Shown in pieces: positions 1 through 11,164 of a DNA stretch of 47,131 nt. Source of the DNA: Chiloscyllium plagiosum (lineage: Eukaryota); NCBI RefSeq assembly GCF_004010195.1, contig NC_057751.1, positions 2,402,904 to 2,450,034 of the forward strand, read 5' to 3'. The position numbers were made by a program, and so were the translations under genes. The notes beneath the pieces are model-generated. The model was not told the origin of the DNA, ran no database searches, and worked only from the letters and a program-made list of their open reading frames with translations. Position 1 is the stretch's first letter; the number at the start of each line of letters is the position of its first letter.

Positions 1-331
1 GTCTTTTCCCTGGGGTGGGGGAGTCCAGAACTAGAGAGCATAGGTTTAGGGTGAGAGGGGAAAGATATAAAAGAGACCTAAGGGGCAACTTTTTCACGCA
101 GAGGGTGGTACGTGTATGGAATGAGCTACCAGAGGATGTGGTGGAGGCTGGTACAATTGCAACATTTAAGAGGCATTTGGATGGGTATATGAATAGGAAG
201 GGTTTGGAGAGATATGGGCCGGGTGCTGGCAGGTGGGACTAGATTGGGTTGGGATATCTGGTCGGCATGGACGGGTTGGACCGAAGGATCTGTTTCCATG
301 CTGTACATCTCTATGACTCTATGAGTCTATG
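1..331 (+). mobile_element. CR1 (HER1-like) LINE 3' end, little diverged
   Basis: ORF 15..242 (…RGNFFTQRVVRVWNELPEDVVEAGTIATFKRHLD…) is the CR1 ORF2 C-terminus; 3' UTR ends in a (CTATGACT)-type tandem tail at ~309-331. Confidence 0.93.
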
Positions 332-594
332 TATCACTCTGTTCACTTGTCTGTCTGAATAGTGTCTGTGTGATCTCCTTCTCAGTGGAGAGCGATGCAA
401 GATTTCCCAGTGTTTAATTTGAACAGTCAGAGCACTACTTGTGCAACCAACAATTGGAATACTGTGCAAATAAGAGCTCACTGTGTAGAGTGTGATATAT
501 TACCAGAGGTGGAGAATTAGTTAGGCAGTGGAAGCAGGAGGTGGGAATAACTGTGTTTTCTCATGATGGCAGAAGGTGATGAACAATGTATCAG

Positions 595-1486
595 AAGACC
601 ACAAGAGATAGGAACATGAGTAGGACATTCAGCCATTGAACCTGTTCCAACATTCAATCGGATCATGGCTGATTCAATGTTCCGCATGTCCATTTTCCTG
701 CATTTTCCCTTAACCCTTGCTTTCACAACTGATCAAGAATCTATTTGTCTTAGCCTCAAATATACATAAGGACTTGCCCCCACAGCTCTTTGTGGCAATA
801 AATTCCAAAGACTTTCAACCATTAAAGAGAGGAAATCCTTCCTCACCTTAGTCTCAAATTGTTGTCCCTATAATCTGATATGATGTCCTCTATTCCTCGA
901 CTCATCCATGAGCAGAAACATCCTCTCTGCATTTATCCTGTCAAGCCCCTTAAGAATCCAGTATGTCTCAATGAGATCATCTTTCATTCTTCTAAACTCC
1001 AGTGAGTAGAGTCCCAACCTGATTAACCTTTGCTTGTCAGACAATCCCTCTATACTACAGATCATCTCAATAAATCCTCTCTGAATTGCCTTCAGTTAAA
1101 CAATATCTTACTTTAAATAAGAGGACTGAAAGTGCTCACAGTCCTCTAGATATGGTCTCACCAACACCTTGTAGTGTTGGGGTAAGATTTCCCTACTCTG
1201 GTACTCCAATCCCCTTAAAATAAGGGCCAAATTAGCCTTCCTGATTACCTGCTGCATGTTTGTGTTAGCTTTCTGTGTTTTGTGCACAATAACCCCCAAG
1301 TCCCTTTGTTGTGAAGTTTTCTGCAGTTTTCTCTATTGAAATAATATTCTCGTTTCCCCTTTCCGAATGAACAACTTCCACATTATAGTCCATTTGCCAA
1401 ATTTTTGCCCAGTTAGATAACTCATCAATAGCCTCTCTGTAACCTGCTTGTATCCCTCTCACAATCTGCCTTTCCACCTATTTTTG
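595..1486 (-). mobile_element. CR1 LINE 3' fragment (RT C-terminus + 3' UTR), decayed
   Basis: Minus-strand ORF pieces LGLYSLEFRRMKDDLIETY, YKVLVRPYLED and WAKIWQMDYNV are CR1 ORF2 motifs. Confidence 0.88.
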
Positions 1487-1489
1487 AGC

Positions 1490-1965
1490 CACAGAGAGGG
1501 CCTTGGAGGGAGTACAATATTCATTTACAAGAGTGGTACCTGGACTTCAGGAATAAGTTATGAGGAGAAACTCGACAAATTTCTTCAGAGTTTGGTAGCT
1601 TAAGGGGTGATCTGATAGAAATTTTTAAGATGCTAAGAGGAAATGACACGATAGATAAAGATAAACTATTTCAGGAGATTCTTGGAACTAGGGGCATAAT
1701 TCTGAGAATTAGGGCCAGACTGTTCAGGAGAGATATTAGGAAGCAGTTCTGCACACAAATAGTTGTGAATATTTAGAAAACTCTTTCACAAATGAACTTG
1801 GATGCAAGATCAGTTGTTCATTCTTTTTTGTTCAGCAAAGAAATGAAGAGATATGGGTCAAAGGCAGGTATATAGAATGAGACCACAGGTCAGCTATTAT
1901 CTCATTGAATGGTGGAACGGACTGAAGGAGCTGGATGGCCTATTCCTGCTCCTATGTTTCTATGA
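1490..1965 (+). mobile_element. CR1 LINE 3' fragment, more diverged
   Basis: CTTAAGGGGTGATCTGATAGAA (LRGDLIE) and the 3' UTR motif GAATGGTGGAAC…GATGGCCTATTCCTGCTCCTATGTTTCTATG. Confidence 0.8.
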
Positions 1966-2021
1966 CTTCAAAATTTCTTTTTTAGTTGGTATGGCTATAG
2001 CTGGTTTCTGGAGCTTTCTTA

Positions 2022-2548
2022 GCAGCATGGAGATGTACAGCACAGAAACAGACCCTTTGGTCCAACTCATCCATGCTGACCAGAAATCCCAACAGAATCG
2101 AGTCCCATTTGCCAGCACTTTGGCCCATATCCCTCTGAACTCTTCCTATTCATATACCCATCCAGGTGCCTTTTTAAGTGCTGTAATTGTACCAGTCTCA
2201 ATCACTTCCTCTGGCAGCTCATTTCATACACGCACCACCGTCTGTGTGAAAATGTTGCCCCCTAGGTTCCTTTTTAACCTTTACTCTCTCACCCTAAACC
2301 TATGCCCTCCAGTTCTGGACTCCCCCAGCCCAGGGAAAAGACCTTGTCTATTAACCCTATCCATGCCCCACATGATTTTATAAACCTCAAGCCTCCGACG
2401 CTCCAGGGAAAACAGCTCCATCCTTTTCAGTCTCTCCTGACAGCTTAAACCCTCCAATCCTGGCAACATTCCCTTTAAATCTTTTCTGAACCCTTTCAAG
2501 GTTTACAACATCCTTCCTATAGGAGGGAGTCCAGAATTGCACACAATT
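2022..2548 (-). mobile_element. CR1 (HER1-like) LINE 3' fragment
   Basis: Reverse complement closely matches 1-331; ORFs give LFSLERRRL…GLFPGLGESRTGGHRFRVR and CVQFWTPSYRKD. Confidence 0.9.
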
Positions 2549-2559
2549 TTCGGATGGAC

Positions 2560-2912
2560 TGCTTGTTTGAGCTTGAGTTATTTTTGTCACATGTACTGAG
2601 ATACAGTGAAAAGTGTTGTTTTGCGTACTGTACAGGCAGTTCATACCATGCAAAGTGCATCAGGTTAGCAGAACAGGGTGCACAATACAGTGTAACAGCC
2701 ACAGAGAAGGAGCAGAGAGAGAGGGAAAGAGAGAGAAAGAGAGATTGACATTAACATTTGAGAGGTCCATTAAGAAAATCTGATAACAGCAGGGAAGAAG
2801 CTGTTCTTGAATCTGACCACAAGTGTGATTCAAACCTTTATATCTTCTGCCCAAAGGAAAAGGGTGGAAGAGACTATGACAGACATGGGAGGGGTTTTTG
2901 CTTATGTTGGAT
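2560..2912 (-). mobile_element. Rex1/Babar-type LINE 3' end
   Basis: Minus-strand KNPSHVCHSLFHPFPLGRRY-like peptide; 3' UTR (TTTTCACTGTATCTCAGTACATGTGACAA) shared with 21962-22213 and 25715-26280. Confidence 0.75.
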
Positions 2913-3620
2913 GTTGGTTTTCCAGATACTCCGCTTCCAGCAGTTTTCATCAACAGCCTTCTTTTGAGCTTAATATTTCAGTCTCCACTATCTCATGTCC
3001 ACAGACACAGACCTGCACACTTTATGAATGTTGTTCAGTATTATGAAGCGGGAGTGGATACTGTTTTGCACTGAGAGCTTACAAGCACCTGTCATATGAC
3101 TAGCCAGGAGTCTCAGAGTGTACTGGAAAATTGAAAATATGTTACATTTAGCTATGAAATAGATACCTGAGTTACTTTCTGTTTGGCAACAATTCAAATT
3201 TAGCCAGTCAGTTTAAATTATGCCCCAGGATACTAAAATCCAATTGAGTTTCAATTTATTGTTTTTGCAAACCTCGAAACAATGAGGTAATCTGAAGTTT
3301 AGGATATGAAGCAACCAGCATTTTGAAAGTCAGATAGAGAGTAACTACCATCTAGAAAGATTGCCATTCAAAGCACTGTCTCTCAAAGGTACCTTTTTTC
3401 ATATAAACATCTTTGCAGTAAAAGACAGAAGCTGACCCAGGGAGATCTTCAGCCAAAAGAAGAAGGACACTGGAGATGCCAGCCGCTGTGTGGTTTTGAA
3501 ATTATGTTGATCTAATTTAAAATGGGTTTTTCTTAGAATGGCATATTGTGATAGAATTGGAGGCAGATAACAAGCAGTTAAGAGAAAGGGGGACTCAGAG
3601 TTGTTTGTAGTTGTTTCATG

Positions 3621-3714
3621 TTGAAAAATGTGGTGCTGGAAAAACACAGCAGGCCAGGCAGCATCCGAAGAGCAGAAGAATCGATGTTTCGGGCATAAGC
3701 CCTTCTTTAGGAAT
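3621..3714 (-). mobile_element. Short hammerhead-headed Penelope-derived element (decayed core)
   Basis: Minus strand ATTC-CTAAAGA-A-GGGC-TTAT-GCCC-GAAA-CATC-GATT…GATGCTGCCTGGCCTGCTG…TTTTTCAAC; flanked by direct repeat TGTAGTTGTTT(C/A)ATGTT at 3606-3622 and 3714-3730. Confidence 0.85.
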
Positions 3715-4042
3715 GTAGTTGTTTAATGTTCACTTTTCAAGTTAAGGAATAAATTGATATTTTGGATGTAGGTTTGCTCGTTGAGCTGGAAGGTTCGTTT
3801 TCAAACATTTTGTCACCATACTAAGTAACATCTTCAGTGAGCCTCCGGATGAAGCACTAGTGGTGTAGCCTGCTTTCTATTTATATGTTTGGGTTTCCTT
3901 GTGTTGGTGATTTCATTTCCTGTGGTGACGTCATTTCTGGTTCTTTTTCTCAAGGGGTGGTAAATGGGATCCAAGTCAATGTGTTTACTGATAGAGTTCC
4001 GGTTGGAATGTGATGCTTCTAGGGATTCTCATAAGTGTCTCA

Positions 4043-4950
4043 TGCAAAGACTCAAACAAACAGCTCTACCAACCATCCAACCCAAACTTTGGGTCCTCTA
4101 TGTGGATGACACCTTTGTCATCACGAAATGAAACAAATTGGAGGACACCTTCAAGACCATCAATAATACCCTTACTGGCATAAAATTCACTCGAGAGGAG
4201 GAAAACAACAACAAACCACCATTCCTAGATGTCGCAGTAGAGCGAACAGCCAATGGGGGACTTCAAACCAGTGTCTACAAGAAAACAACACATGGACGAA
4301 ATATTGAACTACAGAAGCAATCATCCCAACATCCACAAACGAAGCTGCATTAGAACATTATTTCAACGAGCCACCACACACTGCAGTACAGAGGAACTAC
4401 GCAGAGCAGAGTAAAATCTCCTATATAGTGTATTCAAAAAGAACGGGTACCCTATAAACACAGTCTGACAATTTCTCAGCAACAAACCCAAACAAGCAGA
4501 CAAAACACGTCCAGAAACCCTAGCCACTCTCCCCTACATCAAAGACATCTTGGAAATGATTGCCAGACTACTCAGACCCTTTGGCATTATGGTAACCCAC
4601 AAACCCACCGACACACTAAAACAGCAGCTAATGAACTTGAAAGACCCAATGCAGACAACAAGCCAAACTACTGTCATTTACAAAATACCTTGCAAGAAAT
4701 GTAACAAACACCACATTGGACGAACAGGCAGAAAATTAGCTACCAGGATGCAGGAACATCAACTAGCCACAAAACTACATGACCCATTCTCACTAGTATC
4801 TTTACATACAGATATGGAAGGACACCACCTCGACTGGGACAGTACATCCATCCTAGGGCAAGCCAAACAGAGACACGCATGAGAATTCCCATTCCAACTG
4901 GAACTCTAGCAACAAACGCATTGACTTGGATCCCCTTTACCAACCCCTGA
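4043..4950 (+). pseudogene. Disrupted Penelope RT C-terminus and GIY-YIG endonuclease
   Basis: PKLWVLYVDDTFVI (YVDD at 4099-4110), GIKFTREEENNNKPPFLDV, and VIYKIPCKKCNKHHIGRTGRKLATRMQEH (GIY-YIG); internal stops and frameshifts. Confidence 0.9.
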
Positions 4951-5077
4951 GAAAAATAACAGGAAATGATGTCACCATAGGAAATGCTGTCACCACAGGA
5001 AATGACATCACCAACCCAAGGAAACGCAAACATATAAATAGAAAGTGGGCCATACCACCAGTGCTTCATCTGGAGAC

Positions 5078-5117
5078 TCACTGAAGATATTACCTCGTAT
5101 GGTGATGAAACATCTGA
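5078..5117 (+). ncRNA. Minimal type-I hammerhead ribozyme motif in PLE pLTR (partly decayed)
   Basis: TCA-CTGAAGA-T-ATTACC-TCGTAT-GGTGAT-GAAA-CATC-TGA: helix I TCA/TGA, 6-bp helix II, AUC triplet; helix III palindrome ACGT changed to ACAT. Confidence 0.75.
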
Positions 5118-5358
5118 AAACGAACGTTCCAGCTCAGCGAGCAAACCTATATCCAAAACCTCAACCTGTGCTACAAATCTTCCCAAAACTCACTAAATTG
5201 ATATTACTTTGCTTTAAATAGTGGAATTTGGGAGTTATCTGTCACTCGTACTTTAACAGATTACGAGGCGAGGTAAGCTTTGCTGGGTATTTGGTTTAAT
5301 TAACAGAAGGGTTCACTGCTGTGTCGTAACATCAGTTAAACAACTGACGTCAACTTAC

Positions 5359-5553
5359 CAGTCCTGAATGTTTGGATGTTGCTAAACAAATAGCACCTTC
5401 GCTTCTCCAGATTTTTTTTCTCTGAAGTTCACCTTCACACTGCCTGTTCGACATGTTGCTGACTTAGTATGATACTCAACTCAATATGGCACAAATCTGT
5501 TGCCGTTGTTTGTCTTCCAACCTTTTTCTTCTTCAATGGACTGAACTGTTCAT
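5359..5553 (-). other. Candidate exon (unverified)
   Basis: Consensus donor CTG|GTAAGT (5358-5353); weak AAG acceptor; ATG at 5454 (A at -3) opens 32 codons MSNRQCEGELQRKKIWRSEGAICLATSKHSGL up to the donor; no recognised homology. Confidence 0.2.
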
Positions 5554-7502
5554 CTTAAAGTTCAACCAGCACATTAAAATGCATATGAAAAAAACTCTAA
5601 ATACTTTGGTACCACTCACTGAAGAAATTTTAAATGAAACTAAAACTATATCTGACCTATTTTAACATGGATAAAATATAAACCCAAATCAAACTTAAAA
5701 CTAGACATCATTCTTCCACTTTAGAACTTTAGAACAGTGAATTTTCATCATCTTATCAAGCCTTAAAGTCAGTGAGATTAATGCCTCAATTCCTGATGCA
5801 CTGAATTCTGCAGGTTGGAATAATAAAGCTGAGCCTACACCCCGAACTCCACTCAATAAATTAACACATCCCATACATTGGCAACTCATTTGCTTTCAGA
5901 TTCCAAGACACCAGTCTATGGTTAAGACCGATGGAGCTACTAAAAGGCAGGTTGTCACAGCGTTTCCTGGGACCATAATTCCTCTCTCAAGCACCATCAC
6001 CAATAACAAAAAGAATAAAACACCAGGTTCCCCCCTCAAGCTCTACCAGAAATTATGAGCATTCAGTCAGGAGAAAGTTGGTCAAAGTTCATGGTTGATG
6101 CTTTGGCTGACACGATATAGCTTGAATCCTGATGAATGTACAGCATTTATCAGACAAGCTGTTCATTAAGTCCTGCTCAATTCTCACAAACATGCTTTGA
6201 CTATAGAGAGATAGAGAAATGTAGACTTGATTTCAAGAAGTTGTTATCATCCGAATAGTCTATTTTAACTAAACAGGGATAAACTTCATTACATTGCGAG
6301 TCACTGTTGCTTTTCTTTCTTGATATGTGTTATCTATTTAAAGCAGCTGAGTTTTATCAAAGTATTCAAGTCAATTTGGAGAATTTTATTGGTAAGGCCA
6401 CCAGAGACTTTGACCTGATAATCCTTCCTGACCCTCATCAGTCTTCTTGAAAGCCTGTGACAGGGATAATGGCACAAATCCTTTGCAAAACTGCCATTCC
6501 TCTCTTTCTTTTTCACAGGGGGATGCAAAGTTGGAATGATTTCACCCTTCCCAATTCCAAAACCCAATTAAATAAATGTTTGGAGTGGGATAAAATATGA
6601 GGACTGAGTTCAAAATTGGCAGGCATTCTTTCAGGGCATTTGTCATTGGGTGATGTTTAGTCCTTATCTTATTGCTGCCCTCCAGATGGGGTGGAGGAGC
6701 AGCAGGAATGACACATTGTTCCACAATGACTAATACATCACAACAGTACAATGGGAGATGATACTGTGCGATAGTTTCACGCAGCCCTTGCTCTGCAAAG
6801 CAAAATGCCATGCTGGATGCTTTTTTTGTCCATGGACAAAACAGTCCCTCTCAACACTGTGCAAATAGTGATGCTTGCTGGAATAATGCCAGAGGGTCGA
6901 TTTATGAAAGTTAGTTAGTGGCTTTAGTTCTCCATTCATCCTCATATGCTGCTCGCCTAATATAATTCAGCTGCACTTCAAGATGTCCAAAGTCCAAAAC
7001 CCTCAGCGTAAATATCACCCGATTCTTCTGAATTCCTTCTAAAATTCCTTTTGATTCAGTGCAGATTAACTGGTAAATGTGGCATACTTGGGCATATTAA
7101 AATGCATATCGTTAGGCAGCAGATGTTTGATGTCAATTGATGACTTTCTCTTTCAGAACAACATGTATTGATAACTGACCACTTTATTTCCCATTTAATA
7201 CTGAGCTACGAGACAGCATATTGTATATTTTTGTGGGTCAACCTCGGCCCATCTAAAACTCGATTGTCTGTATATTGCCTGACACCAAGTACCAAATACT
7301 CATTACCCCTTTGCTCACTGCATTGTTTCCCCCTTTCTGAGAATAGTGTGAGTTTGAAATTCTTGTCTCTCCTTGATCTCACCCTCTCTGTTCCTGTCAT
7401 CTCTTCTTGCCCCAGAACTCTTGGAGATTTCTACACTCATCTCATTCCATTTCTCTTGCAAACAGAGTCACGGAGCTGTACAGTATGGAAATAGACCATT
7501 CG

Positions 7503-7677
7503 TACAGAGTGAGGACTGCAGATGCTGAAGATTCAAAGTTGATAAAGCCTGGTGTTGGAAAAAGCACAGCAGGTCCGAGAAGCAGGAGAGCCGACGATTC
7601 GGGCATAACGTCAGCTCTCCTGCTTCTCAGATGCTGCCTGACCTGCTGTGCTTTATCCAGCGTCACGCTTTATCAAC
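7503..7677. mobile_element. Head-to-head inverted pair of the short hammerhead-headed PLE element
   Basis: Left arm is the reverse complement of the 33375-33504 family and the right arm is forward; 10-bp TSD AGACCATTCG at 7493-7502 and 7678-7687. Confidence 0.85.
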
Positions 7678-8992
7678 AGACCATTCGGTCCAACTCATCC
7701 ATGACGACCAGGTATCCTAAATTAATCTAGTCCCATTTGCTAGCATTTGGTCCTTATCCCTCTAAAACCTTCCTATTCAGATATCCATCCAGAGGCCTTT
7801 CAAATTTTGTAATTGTACCAGCCTCCACCACTTCCTCTGGCAGCTCATTCCATACATGCTCCATCCTCTGCATGAACGGTTGCCCCATCAGTACCTTTTA
7901 AATAATTCCCTCCTCACCTTAAACATGTGCCCTCTAGTTCTGGATTCCACTACACTGGGGAAAAGACCTTGACTATTCACCCTCTCCATGCCCCTCATGA
8001 TTTCATAAACTTTTATAACGTCACCTCTCAGCCTCCGACACTGCAGGGAAAGTAGCCCCAGCCTATTCAACCTCCCCCTATAGCTTAAACCCTCCAACCC
8101 TGGCAACATCTTTGTAAATCTCTTGTGAATCCTTTCAAGTTACACAACATCCTTCTGATAGGAAGGAGACCAGAATTGCACGCAATGTTCCAAAAGTGAC
8201 CTAACCAATGTCCTGAACAACTGCAACATGACCTCCCAACTCCTATGCTCAATGCACTGACCAATAAAGAAAAGCATACCAAACACCTTCTTCACTATCC
8301 TGTCTACCTGCGACTCCACTTACAAGGAACTATGAACTTCCACTCCAAAGTCTCTTTGTTCAGCAGCATTCCCCAGGACCTTACCATTAATTGTATAAGT
8401 CCTGCCCTGATTTACTTTTCCAAAATGCAGCACCCCACATTTATCTAAATTAAACTCCATTTGCCACTCTTCAGATCATTGGCCCATCTGATCAAGATCC
8501 CATTGTACTTTTTTGGCTGTCCACAGCACCTTCAATTTTGGTGTCATCTGCAAACCTACTAACCATACCTCCTTCGTTTACATCCAAATCATTGATATAA
8601 ATGACAAAAAGCAATGGACCCAGCACCAGTCCTTGTGGCATACCACCACTCATAGGCCTCCATTCTGAAAATCACCAACTCTGTGAGCCAATTCTTTATA
8701 CATATGGCTACTTCCCCCTGTATTCCATGTGAACCAGCCTTGCTTTCCAACCTACCATGAGGGACTTTGTCGAATGCCCGATTCAAGTCCATATAGATTA
8801 GGTCCACCACTTTGCCCTCATCAGTCCTCTTCATCGCTTCTTCAAAAAATTCAATTAAGTTAGTGAGACACAATTCCTGTACACAATACGTGTAAATTCT
8901 GTCCCTCAGATTTCACTCCAAAAACTTGCCCACTACTGATGTCAGGCTCACCAGTCTATAGTTTCCTGACTTTTCCTTATAACCCTCTTTTA

Positions 8993-9281
8993 GGTGGCTT
9001 GGTAGGTCAGTGGTTAGCACTGCTACCTCACAGTACCAGGCACCCAGGTTTGATTCCAGCCTCGGCGACTGTCTGTGTGAAGTTTGCACATTCTCTGCGT
9101 GGCTTTCCTCCGGGTGCTCTGGTTTCCTCCCACAGTCCAAAGATATGCAGGTCAGGTGAATTGGCCATAGTGTGAGGTGCATTTGTCAGAGGGAAATGGG
9201 TCTGTGTGGGTTACTCTTGATGGTCAGTGTGGACTTATTGGGCCTAAGAGTCTGTTTCCACACTGTAGGGAATCTAATCTA
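8993..9281 (+). mobile_element. tRNA-derived V-SINE (HE1-like)
   Basis: A/B-box-like head (GGTAGGTCAGTGGTTAGCAC…GGTTTGATTCC), V-domain TGTGTGAAGTTTGCACATTCTC…TTTCCTCCCACAGTCCAAAGA, CR1-like 3' tail ending AATCTAATCTA. Confidence 0.9.
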
Positions 9282-11164
9282 AATAGTGGCACCACATTAA
9301 CCAACCTCCAGTCTTGCGACAGCCCACCTGTGACAATCAATGACACAGCAAGGGGCCCAGCAATCATTTCCTGAGCTTCCCACAGAGTTCTAGGGTACGT
9401 CTGATCAGACCCTGGGATTTATCCACTTTTATGCGTTTTAAGACATCCAACACCTTCTCCTCTGTAATATGGACATTTTTCAAGATGTTCCTATTTATTT
9501 ATACATGTTCTCTATCTTTCATATCCTTCCCTACAGTAAACACTGATGCAAAATACTCATTTAATACTTCCCCCATCTCCTGCGGTTCCGCATATAGGCT
9601 GCCATGCTGATCTTTAAGGGGCTCTATTTTTCCCTTGTTACCTTTTTTGCGATAATGTATTTATAGAATACCTTTGAATTCTCCTTAATCCTATTTGCCA
9701 AAGCTATCTCATGTCCCTTTTCTGCCCTCCGATTTCCCTGTTCACTCTACTCCTGCTGTCCTTGTACTCCTCTACGGATTCACTAAACCCTGCTATCTAT
9801 ACCTGATGTACGCTTCCTTCTTTTTCTTGACCAAACCCTCAATTTCTTTGGTCATCCAGCTTTCCCTACACCTACCAGCCTTGCACCTTTCACTGTAACA
9901 GAAACACGCTATTTCTGGACTCTCGTTATCTCATTTCTGAAGGCTTCCCATTTTCCAGCCATCCCTTTGTCTGCGAACATGTGCCCCCAATCAGCTTTTG
10001 AAAGTTCTTGCCTAATACCATCAAAATTAGCCTTCCTCCAATTTAGAACTTCAAATTTTAGATCCAGTCTCTACTTTTCCATCACTATTTTAAAACGAAT
10101 AGAATTATGATGTCCGGCCTCAAAGTGACCCCACTGATGGCTCAATCATCTGCCCTGCCGTATTTCCCAAGAGTAAGTCAAGTTTTCACCTTCTTTAGTA
10201 GGTACATATGCACACTGAATCAAAAAATTTTCTTATACACATTTAACAAATTCTTCTTCATCCAAGCCCTTAACACTATGGAAGTTCCAGTCTATGTTTG
10301 GAAAGTTAAAATCGCCTACCATAACCACGCTATTATTCTTACAGATAACTAAGAGCTCCTTACAAGTTTGTTTCTCAATTTCCTGCTTCCAATTGGGGGT
10401 CTATAGTGAATCCCAATGCGGTGGTCACCCTTTCTGATTTCCCAGTTCTAACCAAATGACTTCCCTGGACGTATTCCCAGGAGTATTCTCCCTAAGTAAA
10501 GCTGTAATGTTATCCCGAATCAAAAACACCATTCCCTATCGTCTCTTGTCCCTTTCTCTATCCTTTGTATTGTATCTATACCCTGGAACATTAAGCTCTT
10601 AGTCCTGTCCATTCCTGGGCCACATTTCTGCAGTTGCTATGATATCCCAGTCCCATGTTCCTAACCATGCCCTGAGTTTGTCTGCCTTTCCTGTTAGGCC
10701 TCTTGCATTGAAATAAATGCAGTTTAATTTATCAGTTCAACCTCATTCTGTGCTTTGCTCCTGCCTGCCCTGACTCTTTGACTAGCTCCTTTTCCCAGCT
10801 GCATCAGTCTCAGATGAAATTCTTTTCTCATTGTTTCCCTGGGTTCTTCACCCGCTACCTCTTTAATTAGTTTAAATCCTCCAGAGCAGGTCTCACAAAC
10901 CTCCACATCAGTATTTTAGTCCCCTTGAGGTGCAATCCATCTTTCTTGTACAAGTCACTTGTACCCCAGAGAGATTCCAATGATCCAAACATGTGAACCC
11001 TCTCCCCTGCACCAGCTCCTCAGCTGCATATTCATCTGCGCTACCCAATTATTCCTACCTTCATTAACTCGTGGCATCACGAGTAATCCAGATATTACTG
11101 CCCTCAAGGACCTACTTGTTAAATTCCTGCCTAACTTCCTTTATTCTGTCCTCAAAACCTCGTC

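Larger units (their letters stand above)
3762..5193 (+). mobile_element. 5'-truncated Penelope-like element (Poseidon-like): inverted 5' pLTR + RT/GIY-YIG remnant + direct 3' pLTR
   Basis: 12-bp TSD TAAATTGATATT at 3750-3761 and 5194-5205; 3762-~4040 is the reverse complement of ~4870-5157; the coding remnant lies between. Confidence 0.93.
3039..5331 (+). mobile_element. Gypsy-type solo LTR (~740 bp after removing two nested Penelope-derived insertions)
   Basis: Ends TATTATGA (decayed TGTTATGA)…TCGTAACA; 4-bp TSD TCAG at 3035-3038 and 5332-5335; AATAAA at 3748-3753; colinear with the intact inverted copy at 13456-14214. Confidence 0.85.
7463..11160 (-). mobile_element. Long decayed CR1 (HER1-like) LINE: 3' UTR, RT, endonuclease region and possibly the ORF1 end
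   Basis: CLTNLIEFFEE…DLIYMDLNRAFDKVPHGRL, GNYRLVSLTSVVGKFLE and LQCRRLRGDVIKVY on the minus strand; interrupted by insertions at 7503-7677 and 8993-9281. Confidence 0.92.

Noticed and set aside
1853..2383. 176-aa ORF
   Set aside because: Chimeric read-through of a CR1 3' UTR and the antisense strand of another CR1
5741..6058. ~105-codon stop-free plus-strand frame (IFIILSSLKVSE…KLYQKL*)
   Set aside because: No convincing splice sites, only a late ATG, and no recognisable homology; this length is reachable by chance
6495..6600. Strong plus-strand acceptor (CTCTCTTTCTTTTTCACAG)
   Set aside because: All three frames close within ~80 nt and there is no matching donor
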